A DNA stretch of 64,000 nt. Origin: Bradyrhizobium sp. (GTDB lineage Bacteria > Pseudomonadota > Alphaproteobacteria > Rhizobiales > Xanthobacteraceae). Numbering within the stretch: the first letter of the stretch is position 1; each line of letters starts with the position of its first letter. The translations under genes and the position numbers were made by a program. The DNA lies in NCBI RefSeq assembly GCF_035309285.1, contig NZ_DATGFH010000132.1, positions 12,995-76,994 of the forward strand, read 5' to 3'. The notes beneath the pieces are model-generated. The model saw nothing but the letters and a program-made list of their open reading frames with translations, was not told the origin of the DNA and ran no database searches. Of this stretch, positions 49,849-59,318 are shown piece by piece.

Positions 49849-51261
49849 TTAAGGCAACCTCTGCACCAGAAGATAGTCGGCTGCCTGCCGGCCCGCGACC
49901 CTGCCGAGCACGAGCGCGCGCAGCATCGACACGGCGTTCGGCGCGGTGCCGTAGAAGTGGCCGGTGGTTTCTCCCGCCGCGTAAAGCCCCGGAATCGGCC
50001 CGCCGTCGCCCAGCACCTCGGCCTTCGCATTGGTGGCGAGGCCACCGAACGTATACGCGATGGCGCCGATCAGGGGATAGGCGAGATACGGCGGCTGGTC
50101 GAGCGGCCTCGCCCAGTTCGATTTCGGTGGCACCAGTGTCACTGACGCAGCGAGCCCATCGCGACGCGTCGCGTCGAAGCGCGATACGTCGCCGCGAGCA
50201 GCAGCATTGAAGGCATCGACCGTCTGCCGCAAGGCATCGGGTGGAACGTCAATCCGGGCGGCAAGCTCTTCCACTGTGTCGGATTGGAAAGGCGCGACCT
50301 CAGAGCGGACGGCGCGCTGGTAATCGACGATCTCCCACAGACGACTGTCGAGGATGGCGTAGGCGATGCTGTTCGGGCGCGAAAAATGGATGTCGCGCGC
50401 GAAACCCTCCCAGGTTTCGTGCACGAGGCCACCGCCTTCATCGAAGAAACGGTGTCCGGTTTGATCGACGACGATGCCGTAGGGGTAGACCAGCACGACG
50501 GGCGCGGGATGGTGGCTGCGCGGATCAACCGGCTCGATGTGCATTCCGTCCCAATCGCCGGAGGTGCGCGCGCCCTGCTCCTTCGCCATGCGGATCCCGT
50601 CGCCGGTATCAAAGCGCGTCCCAGGCGAAATCAGCTTGAACGTACGGGCGCGCGGTCCAAATTGTGCTTCCGTCATCGCAGCGTCGCCCTGGAATCCACC
50701 AGTTGCGAGCACGACGGCGTCGGCTTCAAACGTTGAAACGGCGCAGCCCGCGGATTGAACCTCAATTCCGCTGATCCGGCCCCCGCTCACGATCAACCGC
50801 GTCGCGGCACTCTCAAAGTGGATCGCGACGTTGGCCATCTTCGCGGCCCGCCCGAGCCGTTCGACGATGGCAAGTCCGCCGCCGACCGGCTGGATGCGCG
50901 GCGGGCCGACGCTCAGATAGTAGGTCGGAATGGTGAAGGCGATGCCATGACCTTGCAGCCACGCCATCGTTGATGCCGCACGCTCTGCAAGGGTACGAAA
51001 ATAATCCGCATCACCCCGGTCGCCGATCGCCTCGCGCATATCCGCCTCGAAACCAGGCGCGATGCGGTCGGGCGCCGCCATGCGCATATAGGAGGGGCTG
51101 AAACGGGTGTTGCCGCCGGCCTCCTCTTCGCGCGCTTTCTCAAGGATGGTGATGTCGATCGCCGCGTTGCGGCGCTTTGCCTCTTCGGCGGCCGCAACCG
51201 CCGCTGCCAGCCCCGCGGCCCCGTGCCCTGCGACGACAAGTTTGAGTCTCTTCGCGGCCAT
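49849..51261 (-). CDS. FAD-dependent oxidoreductase, TcuA (tricarballylate dehydrogenase)-like / FAD_binding_2 family
   Basis: VVAGHGAAG, GGNTRFS, VVLATGGFQG, TGDGI, YTFGGL, GLYAAGE.TG; family-level only. Confidence 0.82.
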   Translation of the reverse strand: MAAKRLKLVVAGHGAAGLAAAVAAAEEAKRRNAAIDITILEKAREEEAGGNTRFSPSYMRMAAPDRIAPGFEADMREAIGDRGDADYFRTLAERAASTMAWLQGHGIAFTIPTYYLSVGPPRIQPVGGGLAIVERLGRAAKMANVAIHFESAATRLIVSGGRISGIEVQSAGCAVSTFEADAVVLATGGFQGDAAMTEAQFGPRARTFKLISPGTRFDTGDGIRMAKEQGARTSGDWDGMHIEPVDPRSHHPAPVVLVYPYGIVVDQTGHRFFDEGGGLVHETWEGFARDIHFSRPNSIAYAILDSRLWEIVDYQRAVRSEVAPFQSDTVEELAARIDVPPDALRQTVDAFNAAARGDVSRFDATRRDGLAASVTLVPPKSNWARPLDQPPYLAYPLIGAIAYTFGGLATNAKAEVLGDGGPIPGLYAAGETTGHFYGTAPNAVSMLRALVLGRVAGRQAADYLLVQRLP

Positions 51262-51266
51262 TGGTG

Positions 51267-52025
51267 CTAGGCCGCCAGCACGCTTTGAATTTGGTGACGG
51301 ATCGCCTCCTTCTCGACCAGCGGCGTTGCGGCCGAAAGCGGCAGATCGATCGCGATCGTGGCGGGACGCTTCAACACGACGATGCGGTCGCCGATCTCCA
51401 GCGCCTCGTTGATCGAATGGGTGATGAAGACGGCGGTCTTGCCGCTTTCCCGGACCAGCCTCACGAACTCGGCGCGCAGGGTCCGCCCGGTCACCTCATC
51501 GAGCGCCGAGAATGGTTCGTCGCACAGGAAAATGCCAGCGTCGGTTGCAAAAGCGCGCGCAATCGAGACACGCTGGCGCATGCCGCCGGAAAGCGCATGC
51601 GGATAATCATGCTCATGGCCGCGCAGGCCAAGCGTGCCGAGCCAGCGCAGTGCGGTCTCCCGCCGCTTCAGTATAGGCACGTCGAGCATCTCCAGACCAA
51701 GCTCGACGTTCTGCACGGCCGTCCGCCACGGCAGCAGCCGATCGCCCTGAAACACGATCGCCATCTTGCCACGGAAGGAATCGAACTCCCGGAACGGATT
51801 GCGGCCACAGACCATTACATCGCCGGCTGTCGGCTCGGTCAGGCCCGCGATCATGTTGAAGATCGTCGATTTGCCGCAGCCGGTCTTGCCGAGCAGCGCC
51901 AGCAATTGCCCCTGCCCGACCTGAAGATCGAGCCGATCGACCGCGACATAGGCGGATGTTGCGCCGATCTTGCCGAACGATTTCGAGACGCTCTTGAGGT
52001 TGATGATGGGAGGCGTCGAGGTCAC
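51267..52025 (-). CDS. ABC transporter ATP-binding protein (NitT/TauT family)
   Basis: GKTGCGKS, FQGDRLLPWRT, YPHALSGGMRQRVSIARA, DEPFSALD, FITHS. Confidence 0.92.
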   Translation of the reverse strand: MTSTPPIINLKSVSKSFGKIGATSAYVAVDRLDLQVGQGQLLALLGKTGCGKSTIFNMIAGLTEPTAGDVMVCGRNPFREFDSFRGKMAIVFQGDRLLPWRTAVQNVELGLEMLDVPILKRRETALRWLGTLGLRGHEHDYPHALSGGMRQRVSIARAFATDAGIFLCDEPFSALDEVTGRTLRAEFVRLVRESGKTAVFITHSINEALEIGDRIVVLKRPATIAIDLPLSAATPLVEKEAIRHQIQSVLAA

Positions 52026-52825
52026 AGCGTGCGCTCCGACGCCGCGCGGTATCGAAGCGCGATACTCTCCACGAAAGTCAGCACGGCCTGCGCGATCAGC
52101 ACGAAGAACACGAGCTGCAGCGTCCAGGCGAGCGCGCCGGCCATATCGAACACCTGTTGCTGCTGCAGCAATTCGTAGCCCACGCCGCCTGTTGCCCCGA
52201 CCAGCTCGGCTACGACCACCACACGCGACGCGTTGCCGAGATTGACCTTCCAGGCGGTGAGAATGTCGGGAAGGATGGCGGGAATGATCATGACGCGGAA
52301 CAGCTTGGCCCGCGTGGGGCGAAAGCTCATGACCATTTCCATGAGGTCACGCGACATCGCCTGCAGCGCGCCCAACACCTGGAAGGTGAAGGCGGGCAGC
52401 GTCGTCATCACCATGATGAAGAAGATGCGCGGCTCGATGCCGTGGAACCAGATGATCGCGAACACCACCCAGGACAAGGCCGGAATCCCCTGGAACAGCG
52501 TCAGGATCGGCGCAAGGAAGTCGTTGATGGCGCGCGAGCGAACCATCAGAACCGCGAGTGCGGCCCCGATCAGGAAGGCGCCGGCGAGCCCTGCCAGGAT
52601 GCGGCCGACGGTGGCGAGCACATCCGCGAACTGGCTCCAGCTCGTGAGAATGTCGATACAGCGCTTGAAGACATCGATGAGCGAGGGAAACAGAAACGGC
52701 GGAAAGAAGGTCGAGGCAATCTGCCAGAGCCCGGCCACGACGACAAAGGGCAGAACATAAGAGAGTCCGCGACGGCCGATCGCCGCGCTCCAGCCTGTTG
52801 GCGTCGTGGCCTCCGGCATCGTCAT
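52022..52825 (-). CDS. ABC transporter permease (NitT/TauT family)
   Basis: Hydrophobic; FQGIPALSW, VIIPAILPDI, VVVAELVG..GGVG. Confidence 0.9.
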   Translation of the reverse strand: MTMPEATTPTGWSAAIGRRGLSYVLPFVVVAGLWQIASTFFPPFLFPSLIDVFKRCIDILTSWSQFADVLATVGRILAGLAGAFLIGAALAVLMVRSRAINDFLAPILTLFQGIPALSWVVFAIIWFHGIEPRIFFIMVMTTLPAFTFQVLGALQAMSRDLMEMVMSFRPTRAKLFRVMIIPAILPDILTAWKVNLGNASRVVVVAELVGATGGVGYELLQQQQVFDMAGALAWTLQLVFFVLIAQAVLTFVESIALRYRAASERTL

Positions 52826-53797
52826 TGCATCGGCCCGTCGTAGATCGTCGCAGTGGAAGGATCGGACGGCAGGAAACCGATCGACTTGCCGGCGTCATAG
52901 ACCGACTTGATTTCCTTTTTGATTTCCACGGCAGCGCGGATGTTCATGCCAAGCCGGTCATTGGCGCGAATGAGATCGGCGATCGCCTTGCGGTCATCGT
53001 CCGTTCCCTTCGGCAGGATCAGCCTGGCGGCCTCATCGGGATGCGCCGTCGCCCACGCACCGGCTTCCTTGTAGGCAGCATAAAGCTTCGGAATGAGGGC
53101 CTTGTTTTTCTCGGCCCAATCGGTGTGGGCGGCAACGCCGAGATAGGGGATGTTTTTGGAGCCCGTCGCCTTTTGCCAGCTTTCGGCAATCTTCAGATCG
53201 ATGGTCCTGATATCCGGCTTCTTGGCGCGCAGCGTCGTGTAGGCCGGCTCCCAGAGCTGCACGGCGGTGGCACGGTCGGCCAGCGCATAACCGACAAGGC
53301 CGGGTGTCGCCGTGTTCACGACGGAGAATTTTTTGGGATCGGCGCCGAGCTGCCGCGCGAACCAGTCGAACATCACGGTAATTGGTGGTGCCTTTGGCCG
53401 CCGCCAGGTCCTTGCCTTCAAGGTCCTTCAGCGTCTGGATCTCGGGCCGCGAGGTGACGACCGTTCCCCAGAAATCAAAGAGGTTGAAGAGATAGGTGAC
53501 CTTGACGCCGCGCAAGTCGGCGAGGCCGACGGTGAGCAGCGAGGCACTGCCGCCGAGCTCGAATTCACCGGAGTTGAATTGTGCGGTGTATGCGTCCGGC
53601 GGCCGTTCTTCGAACGAGATCGACAGTCCATTCTTCTCGTCGAGCTTTTGTGCCTTGATGATCGGCGGCAGGAACGCGCCGAGCGAGGGCGGACCGAAAA
53701 TGACGATTGAGAGTTTCGAGAGCTCTTCTGCCGAAACGGGCGACGCCATCGCGGCTGCCATCAGCAGGCCCAGTGTGATTCCAACATGTTTCCTCAC
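52822..53797 (-). pseudogene. ABC substrate-binding protein (SsuA/TauA-like) split by a +1 frameshift
   Basis: ORF from 53797 (signal peptide...KDLAAAKGTTNY) continues in the frame of ORF 52822-53421 (VMFDWFARQLG...). Removing one base at 53377-53378 (TAC C GTG ATG on the minus strand) restores TTNYVMFDWF. Could be a sequencing error. Confidence 0.85.
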
Positions 53798-53815
53798 CGT
53801 CTGCTCCCTTCCCTG

Positions 53816-54283
53816 TTACCCGGCCGCGCCGCTGATCGGCTGCTCAAATTCCTTTCGCAGCGCCGCGAAAAAGCGTCCGATCAGGTGCTTCGACACGCTG
53901 CCGAGGACGCGCTGTCCGACGCCGGCGACAAGACCTCCGATCTCGCCCGTTCCCTTGTAGATCAGCCGCGAGCCGTTCTCGCCGTCCGGCTCGATCTCGA
54001 AGCGCGCCGAGCCGTTGCCATGGCCGAGCGTGCCGGCCCCGGACACCTTGATGCTGCAACTGCGCGGCGGCGCCTTGTCCGACAGCGCGATCTCGCCTTC
54101 GAACGAGCCCCCAACGGCCGCGACCTTGAGCTGCATGTCGACCTTGTACGCATCCGGTCCGATCCCGGTCATGCTCTTGCAGCCGGGCACACAGCGCGTC
54201 AGCACCTTCGGGTCGTTCAGCGCGGCCCACAGCGCCTCGACGGACGCGGGCATCGCTTCATTGCCTCCGATATCAAGCTTCAC
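53816..54283 (-). CDS. CoxG/SRPBCC family protein
   Basis: LWAALNDPKVL.RCVPGC, VAAVGGSF.G, GGLVAGVGQR; GTG start after GAGG. Confidence 0.88.
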   Translation of the reverse strand: MKLDIGGNEAMPASVEALWAALNDPKVLTRCVPGCKSMTGIGPDAYKVDMQLKVAAVGGSFEGEIALSDKAPPRSCSIKVSGAGTLGHGNGSARFEIEPDGENGSRLIYKGTGEIGGLVAGVGQRVLGSVSKHLIGRFFAALRKEFEQPISGAAG

Positions 54284-54292
54284 GGCAAGACC

Positions 54293-55270
54293 TCACAAGG
54301 CGAACAATGTCTGCGCCGCGCCGCCATAGATGCCGGCGCGCTCGGCGTCCGTGAAGCGCGTCTCCTGCACGATCTTGAGCGGCGCCAGATCGCCGATCGG
54401 GAACGGCATGTCGGACCCCATCATGATGCGGGCCGGACCCACGATATCGGCGAGGTAGCGCAGCGCGCGGGAATCCTGCACGATCGTGTCGTAATACATC
54501 GCCGCCAGCGCGGCATCGGGATCACCGAGCTTGTCCTTGTCGAGCGAATAGTTCCTGCGCAGACGTCCGATCACGTAAGGCAGCGCGGCGCCACCGATGC
54601 CCGCAACGATCCTGACGTTGCCAAAGCGCGCGATATGGCCGGCGTAGATCAGGCGCGACATCGCGATCAGCGTATCGGTGATGCGTCCGACGGCGTTCGC
54701 CATGCCATAATCGTGGACCCGATCATCGCCGCTTTCAAAGACCGGGTGGATGAAGATGATCGATCCGAGGCTGTTGGCTGCTTCCCAGAACGGCAGGAGC
54801 GACGGATCGTCCAGCACACCACCGCGGCCCTTGGGCTGCGTGCCGATCATGGCGCCCTTGAAACCCTGACTGTGGGCTTCCTTCAGTACCTCGGCGCCGC
54901 GCGCGCCGTCCTGCAGCGGCACGGTCGCGAGCGGAATGAACCGCGGTTGCTCCTTGGCGATCTTGGCGAGATGGGTGTTGATGAGACGCGACCAGCGGAG
55001 TCCTTCTTCAGCGGGGATCTCGTAGCCAAACATGTCGAGCCAGCCGCCCACGATCTGGCGATCAATCTTGTTGCTGTCGAGCCAGGCAAGCCGGCCTGCG
55101 ATATCGCTCAGCGGCCTGGAGACCGGCCGCGTCGGCTTGTTCCCGGCAAAGGCAAAGCCGAGGCTCCCGCCCTCCTCGATCAGCCTGATCGAGGGAAACT
55201 TCGCCTGCTCCGCCCTGATCGCGTCGAGCAGCGCGGGCGGCACAAGATGGGCATGACAATCGATAATCAT
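54293..55270 (-). CDS. Amidohydrolase_2 family protein, ACMSD-like
   Basis: IDCHAH, LATVPLQD, IFIHP, YYDT, MGSDMPF. Confidence 0.88.
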   Translation of the reverse strand: MIIDCHAHLVPPALLDAIRAEQAKFPSIRLIEEGGSLGFAFAGNKPTRPVSRPLSDIAGRLAWLDSNKIDRQIVGGWLDMFGYEIPAEEGLRWSRLINTHLAKIAKEQPRFIPLATVPLQDGARGAEVLKEAHSQGFKGAMIGTQPKGRGGVLDDPSLLPFWEAANSLGSIIFIHPVFESGDDRVHDYGMANAVGRITDTLIAMSRLIYAGHIARFGNVRIVAGIGGAALPYVIGRLRRNYSLDKDKLGDPDAALAAMYYDTIVQDSRALRYLADIVGPARIMMGSDMPFPIGDLAPLKIVQETRFTDAERAGIYGGAAQTLFAL

Positions 55271-57669
55271 CGAGGCGCGTTTTCCTTGTTCGTTGCGGCC
55301 GCGATCGCGTCGCTGATGGCCGATATTCGGATCGGAAGTTTCGAGAACGAGATGCCGAGCGGCGCGACGGCATCATTGATGGCGCTGGAAATCGCAGCCG
55401 GCGAGCCGAGATAGCCGCTCTCTCCCGATCCCTTCTGGCCGAACACGGTGAACGGCGATGGCGTGCAATGATGCACGATCTCGACATGCGGCACTTCATG
55501 CGACGAGGGCAACAGATAATCCATGAAGCTCTGCGTCACGAGCTGACCTTCGCCGTCATAGACGAACTCTTCCATGAGCGAGGCGCCGATGCCGTGAGCG
55601 ATGCCCCCAAGCGTCATGCCCTTGACGATGCGCGGATTGATCACGGTGCCGCAGTCGTGCCCGATGACATAGCGCCTGATCTCCGGCTTGCCGATTTCGG
55701 GGTCGAAGGCGATCAGCACGAGGTGGAACTCAAAGGAGTGACACGGATACATCTGCACCCGGCCACCTTCGGGAAGCTTGGTGCCGGTCGGCACCTGCAT
55801 CACATGCGTGACTTCCAGGCCCGGCTCCATGCCCTCGGGCAGCAGATGAAAATTGCGGTGAGCGATGGTGACGTGCTCGGCCCATGATAGCTTCTTGTTC
55901 AGCGCCGCGTTCGAAACTGTGCCGCCTTCGTAAGTGACGTCCTTCTCGGCGCAGCCAAATTGATGCGCGGCGATGCGGATGATCTTGGCTTTCAGCTTTT
56001 GCGCCGCATGAAATGCCGCGCCGCCAAGCATGATCGCCATGCGGCTGCCGACCGGCGAGTTCGACGGCAGGCTCGACAGCGTGTCGGGGCGCACGATGCG
56101 GATCAGGTCGGGATCGATCTGGAGCACCTCGCCGATCACGGTCGCCGCCAGCGTCTCGTGGCCCTGCCCCGACGAGGTCGTGTGAATGGTCGCGGTGACG
56201 AAGCCGAGGCCGTCGACATTGATGCGGCAGGATTCCATCCAGGTCGAGGTGGTGTTCTTCTCGTTAAGCAGCGGCTCAAAGGCCGAGTTTCCGCCGGAGG
56301 GCTCGAGGCAAGCGGCAATGCCGATGCCGGCACAGAAGCCGGAGGCGCGCAGCGCGTCGCGTTCGTGCTTCAAGGCTTCGTAGTCGGCGTGTGCCAACAC
56401 CTTGGCGACAACGGTGTGATAATCGCCGCTGTCGTAGCGCGTGCCGCTCGGAATGAGATAGGGAAATTCTTCGCTACGGATGAAATTGCGCCGGCGCACC
56501 TCGATGCGGTCCAGGCCCAACGTCGCGGCCACCTTGTCGATCGCCGTCTCGATCGCATAGTTGGTCGGCGCCTGTCCGAAACCGCGCACGGCTTCCTGTG
56601 CCGCCTTGTTCGAGGTCACCGCGACCGCGCGATACTGCACGCTCTCGATTCTGTAAGGACCGACGATGGCGCCGATCGGCTTGCCGAGCTGAAACGGCGA
56701 GCGGCCGGCATAGGCGCCGACATTGTCCAGCGCGCGCATCTTCATCGACTTGACGAGGCCGTCGTCGTTGAAGGCGACCTCGACATCGAAGATTCGGTCG
56801 GGGCCATGCGCGTCGCCTGCACGCATATTGTCGAGCCGATCCTCGATCAGCCGCACCGGCCGCCCCAGAATGCGCGCCAGATGACCCACGATGACGGTCT
56901 GCTTGATGCCGCGCTTGACGCCATAGCTGCCGCCGACGTCGACATCCTGATGCACCCGGACATTGTTGAGCGGGATGCGGAGCGACCGCGCTGTCCGGTC
57001 GGAATATTTCGGCATCTGGATCGAGGCCCAAACATCAAGGATCTCGCGCCAGGGGTCCCATCTGGCGGCAACGCCAAAAGTTTCGATCGGCACGGTCGAG
57101 CTGCGGCCCCAGACCACGCGGAACGACAGATGCCGCGGGCTTTCGGCAAAGTGCTTCTCGACCTCGCCCCAGACGAAGGTCTTGTCGAGCAGCACGTTAG
57201 AGCCATGCTCAGGGTGCACCGGCGGGCTCGAGGAACCGAACGCCGCTTCGGAATCGATCACGTAAGGAAGCGGCTCATATTCGACCCTCACTTTTTCGGT
57301 GGCGTCCTCGGCCTGCGCACGGCTTTCGGCGACCACGGCCACGACCCATTCGCCGGCATAGCGCACCCGGGAGACCGCCAGCGGGAAGCGCCGCACGCTC
57401 GGCGTGTCAAGGCCATTCATCAACGGATCGACCGCCTTGGCCAATTCCTCGCCGGTCAGCACGTAGTGCACGCCGGGCATCTTCATCGCCTCAGTCGTAT
57501 CGATCGAGACGATGCGCGCCGCCGGATGCTGCGAGGGCAACAGCGCGACATGCAGCAAGCCTTCCAGCGCGACGTCGGCGACGTAACGCCCCTGACCGGC
57601 GACGAAGCGGCGATCCTCGCGCACCCTGCGATTGGATGAGACAAACTTCAGCGGAGGCACGTTGCTCAC
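55267..57669 (-). CDS. Xanthine dehydrogenase family molybdopterin-binding (large) subunit, unknown substrate
   Basis: RVREDRRFVAG.GRYV, GGSYGVK, AVRGFGQ, SGQGH, DCGTVINP, KGSGE. GTG 57669 overlaps the upstream stop (GTGA). Confidence 0.92.
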   Translation of the reverse strand: MSNVPPLKFVSSNRRVREDRRFVAGQGRYVADVALEGLLHVALLPSQHPAARIVSIDTTEAMKMPGVHYVLTGEELAKAVDPLMNGLDTPSVRRFPLAVSRVRYAGEWVVAVVAESRAQAEDATEKVRVEYEPLPYVIDSEAAFGSSSPPVHPEHGSNVLLDKTFVWGEVEKHFAESPRHLSFRVVWGRSSTVPIETFGVAARWDPWREILDVWASIQMPKYSDRTARSLRIPLNNVRVHQDVDVGGSYGVKRGIKQTVIVGHLARILGRPVRLIEDRLDNMRAGDAHGPDRIFDVEVAFNDDGLVKSMKMRALDNVGAYAGRSPFQLGKPIGAIVGPYRIESVQYRAVAVTSNKAAQEAVRGFGQAPTNYAIETAIDKVAATLGLDRIEVRRRNFIRSEEFPYLIPSGTRYDSGDYHTVVAKVLAHADYEALKHERDALRASGFCAGIGIAACLEPSGGNSAFEPLLNEKNTTSTWMESCRINVDGLGFVTATIHTTSSGQGHETLAATVIGEVLQIDPDLIRIVRPDTLSSLPSNSPVGSRMAIMLGGAAFHAAQKLKAKIIRIAAHQFGCAEKDVTYEGGTVSNAALNKKLSWAEHVTIAHRNFHLLPEGMEPGLEVTHVMQVPTGTKLPEGGRVQMYPCHSFEFHLVLIAFDPEIGKPEIRRYVIGHDCGTVINPRIVKGMTLGGIAHGIGASLMEEFVYDGEGQLVTQSFMDYLLPSSHEVPHVEIVHHCTPSPFTVFGQKGSGESGYLGSPAAISSAINDAVAPLGISFSKLPIRISAISDAIAAATNKENAPR

Positions 57670-58160
57670 GGACGGCCTCCACGCGGAACGTTCGTCTTTC
57701 GCAGCCGATCGGCGGCGTGCTCGATCGCTTCGACGATCTGCCCGTAACCGGTGCAGCGGCAGATATTCCCGGAGATCGCCTCCAAAATATCCGCGCGCGT
57801 CGGCGCATCGTTGCGTTCGAGCAGCGCGTGCGCGGCGAGGATCATTCCGGACGTGCAATAGCCGCACTGCAGGCCATGGGTCTCGCAGAACGCATCCTGC
57901 ACGATGCTCAATTCACCCGGAGCGGGCGCCAGCCCCTCGATGGTGGTGATGTCATAGCCGTCGGCCTGGACCGCGAACATCAGACAGGATCGCGAAGGCT
58001 CCCCGTCGATCAGCACGGTGCAGGCGCCACAGACGCCGTGCTCGCATCCGGCATGGCTGCCGACCAGGAGAAAGTCTTCGCGCAGCGTGTCGAGCAGCGT
58101 CTTGCGCGGCTCGACATCGGCCTCGCGCTCTCGTCCGTTGATGGTGAGCCTGACCTTCAT
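57666..58160 (-). CDS. Molybdenum hydroxylase [2Fe-2S] small subunit
   Basis: GCEHGVCGACT, QCGYCTSG, NICRCTGY. Confidence 0.93.
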   Translation of the reverse strand: MKVRLTINGREREADVEPRKTLLDTLREDFLLVGSHAGCEHGVCGACTVLIDGEPSRSCLMFAVQADGYDITTIEGLAPAPGELSIVQDAFCETHGLQCGYCTSGMILAAHALLERNDAPTRADILEAISGNICRCTGYGQIVEAIEHAADRLRKTNVPRGGRP

Positions 58161-59038
58161 GGCGAGGCTCCATTTGCGGACACCGCCTCAGTGAACGCAT
58201 CCTCCAGCGCACGAATGCCGAGGGTCGCGGCGACGCGGCGGCGATAATCCGCGCTCGCATGCAGATCGGAGTTCGCTTCGAGATTCCCGGTCGCGGCACG
58301 CACGACATCCGCGATCTTCTTTCGCGCCGGTATGTCGCCGATCAGCGGCGCGACATCGATCCGGATCGCGCGATCGCCGACGCCGCCCAAGCCGAGTGTC
58401 GCCGCGATACAACGTCCCGATTCATCCAGCGCAACCTGCGCCGCTGCGGCCACAAAGGCGAAGTCCGACTGGCGAGCGCTGACTTCGTGGAAGCCGGTGC
58501 CGACCCGCGGATGCGTCCAGACCGGAAAGCGCACCGCGCAGACGCAATCGCCTGGCATCACCGAAGTCAGCATCGGGCCGATGAAGAAGTCGTCGGCCGG
58601 CATCCGCGTGCGGTCGGGCGGATTGGCGATCTCGATCTCGGCGCCGAGTGTGACCGCCACCAGCGGTATCTCGGCGGACGGATCGGCATTGGCAATCGAA
58701 CCACCGACCGTGCCACGGTTGCGGGTCGGGGGATGGCCGACCCAGGGAAGCGCCTTCGCAAGCAGCGGCAGCGATCGGCGGACGATCTCGCTGCGCTCGA
58801 CCTCGACCTGCCGCGTCACCGCGCCGATGACGATTGCACCCTCGTCCGCGCGGATGCCGTGCAGCTCCTGCAGCCGCAGGATGTCGACGAGCTTTGCCGG
58901 GCGCGCCAGCCGCATCGCCAGCATCGGAATCAGCGTCTGGCCGCCGGCGATGATGCGCGCGTCCTCGTCGGACGCCAGAATCTCGCAAGCCTCGCCAAGC
59001 GAATCCGGCCTGACATAATCGAAGGGCGCAGGTTTCAT
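58157..59038 (-). CDS. Molybdenum hydroxylase FAD-binding medium subunit
   Basis: MKPAPFDY, IAGGQTLIPMLAMRLARP, TRNRGTVGGSIANADP, ASADYRR. Confidence 0.92.
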   Translation of the reverse strand: MKPAPFDYVRPDSLGEACEILASDEDARIIAGGQTLIPMLAMRLARPAKLVDILRLQELHGIRADEGAIVIGAVTRQVEVERSEIVRRSLPLLAKALPWVGHPPTRNRGTVGGSIANADPSAEIPLVAVTLGAEIEIANPPDRTRMPADDFFIGPMLTSVMPGDCVCAVRFPVWTHPRVGTGFHEVSARQSDFAFVAAAAQVALDESGRCIAATLGLGGVGDRAIRIDVAPLIGDIPARKKIADVVRAATGNLEANSDLHASADYRRRVAATLGIRALEDAFTEAVSANGASP

Positions 59039-59131
59039 TGTTGTCTTTTCGGCGCGGCGACGACTGCGCGCGAGACACCTTCGATCGCCGTTTTCTCCCT
59101 GCTGGCAGCATAAAGGGCAAAGACGAACCAA

Positions 59132-59280
59132 TGTCAAACTTACAATAGGTCAATTTGACACCTTCGTCCGAATGCATCGATTTTTTGCCACTATTTGATC
59201 ATCGAGCGGCTTCAAACGTCGAGCTCTGGCCCGCTTTGGCTCGATGTGCCTCTCCACAATTGCATCAATTCAAAAATTGT
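59132..59280. promoter_or_regulatory. Putative operators in the divergent Mo-hydroxylase/MocR promoter
   Basis: TGTCAAA-N15-TTTGACA (59132-59160) and ACAATT-N13-AATTGT (59256-59280) in an AT-rich spacer. Confidence 0.45.
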
Positions 59281-59318
59281 ACTATTTCAAGATCACGCAT
59301 CAGCTTGGCCTGCCTCCA

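Noticed and set aside
49849-51261. Bona fide tricarballylate utilisation locus (tcuABC)
   Set aside because: There is no TcuB Fe-S membrane partner, TcuC or TcuR nearby; only family-level similarity.
57670-57867. 866-aa version of the second Mo subunit
   Set aside because: The extra residues overlap the Fe-S gene in another frame; the GTGA-coupled start at 57669 fits the family.
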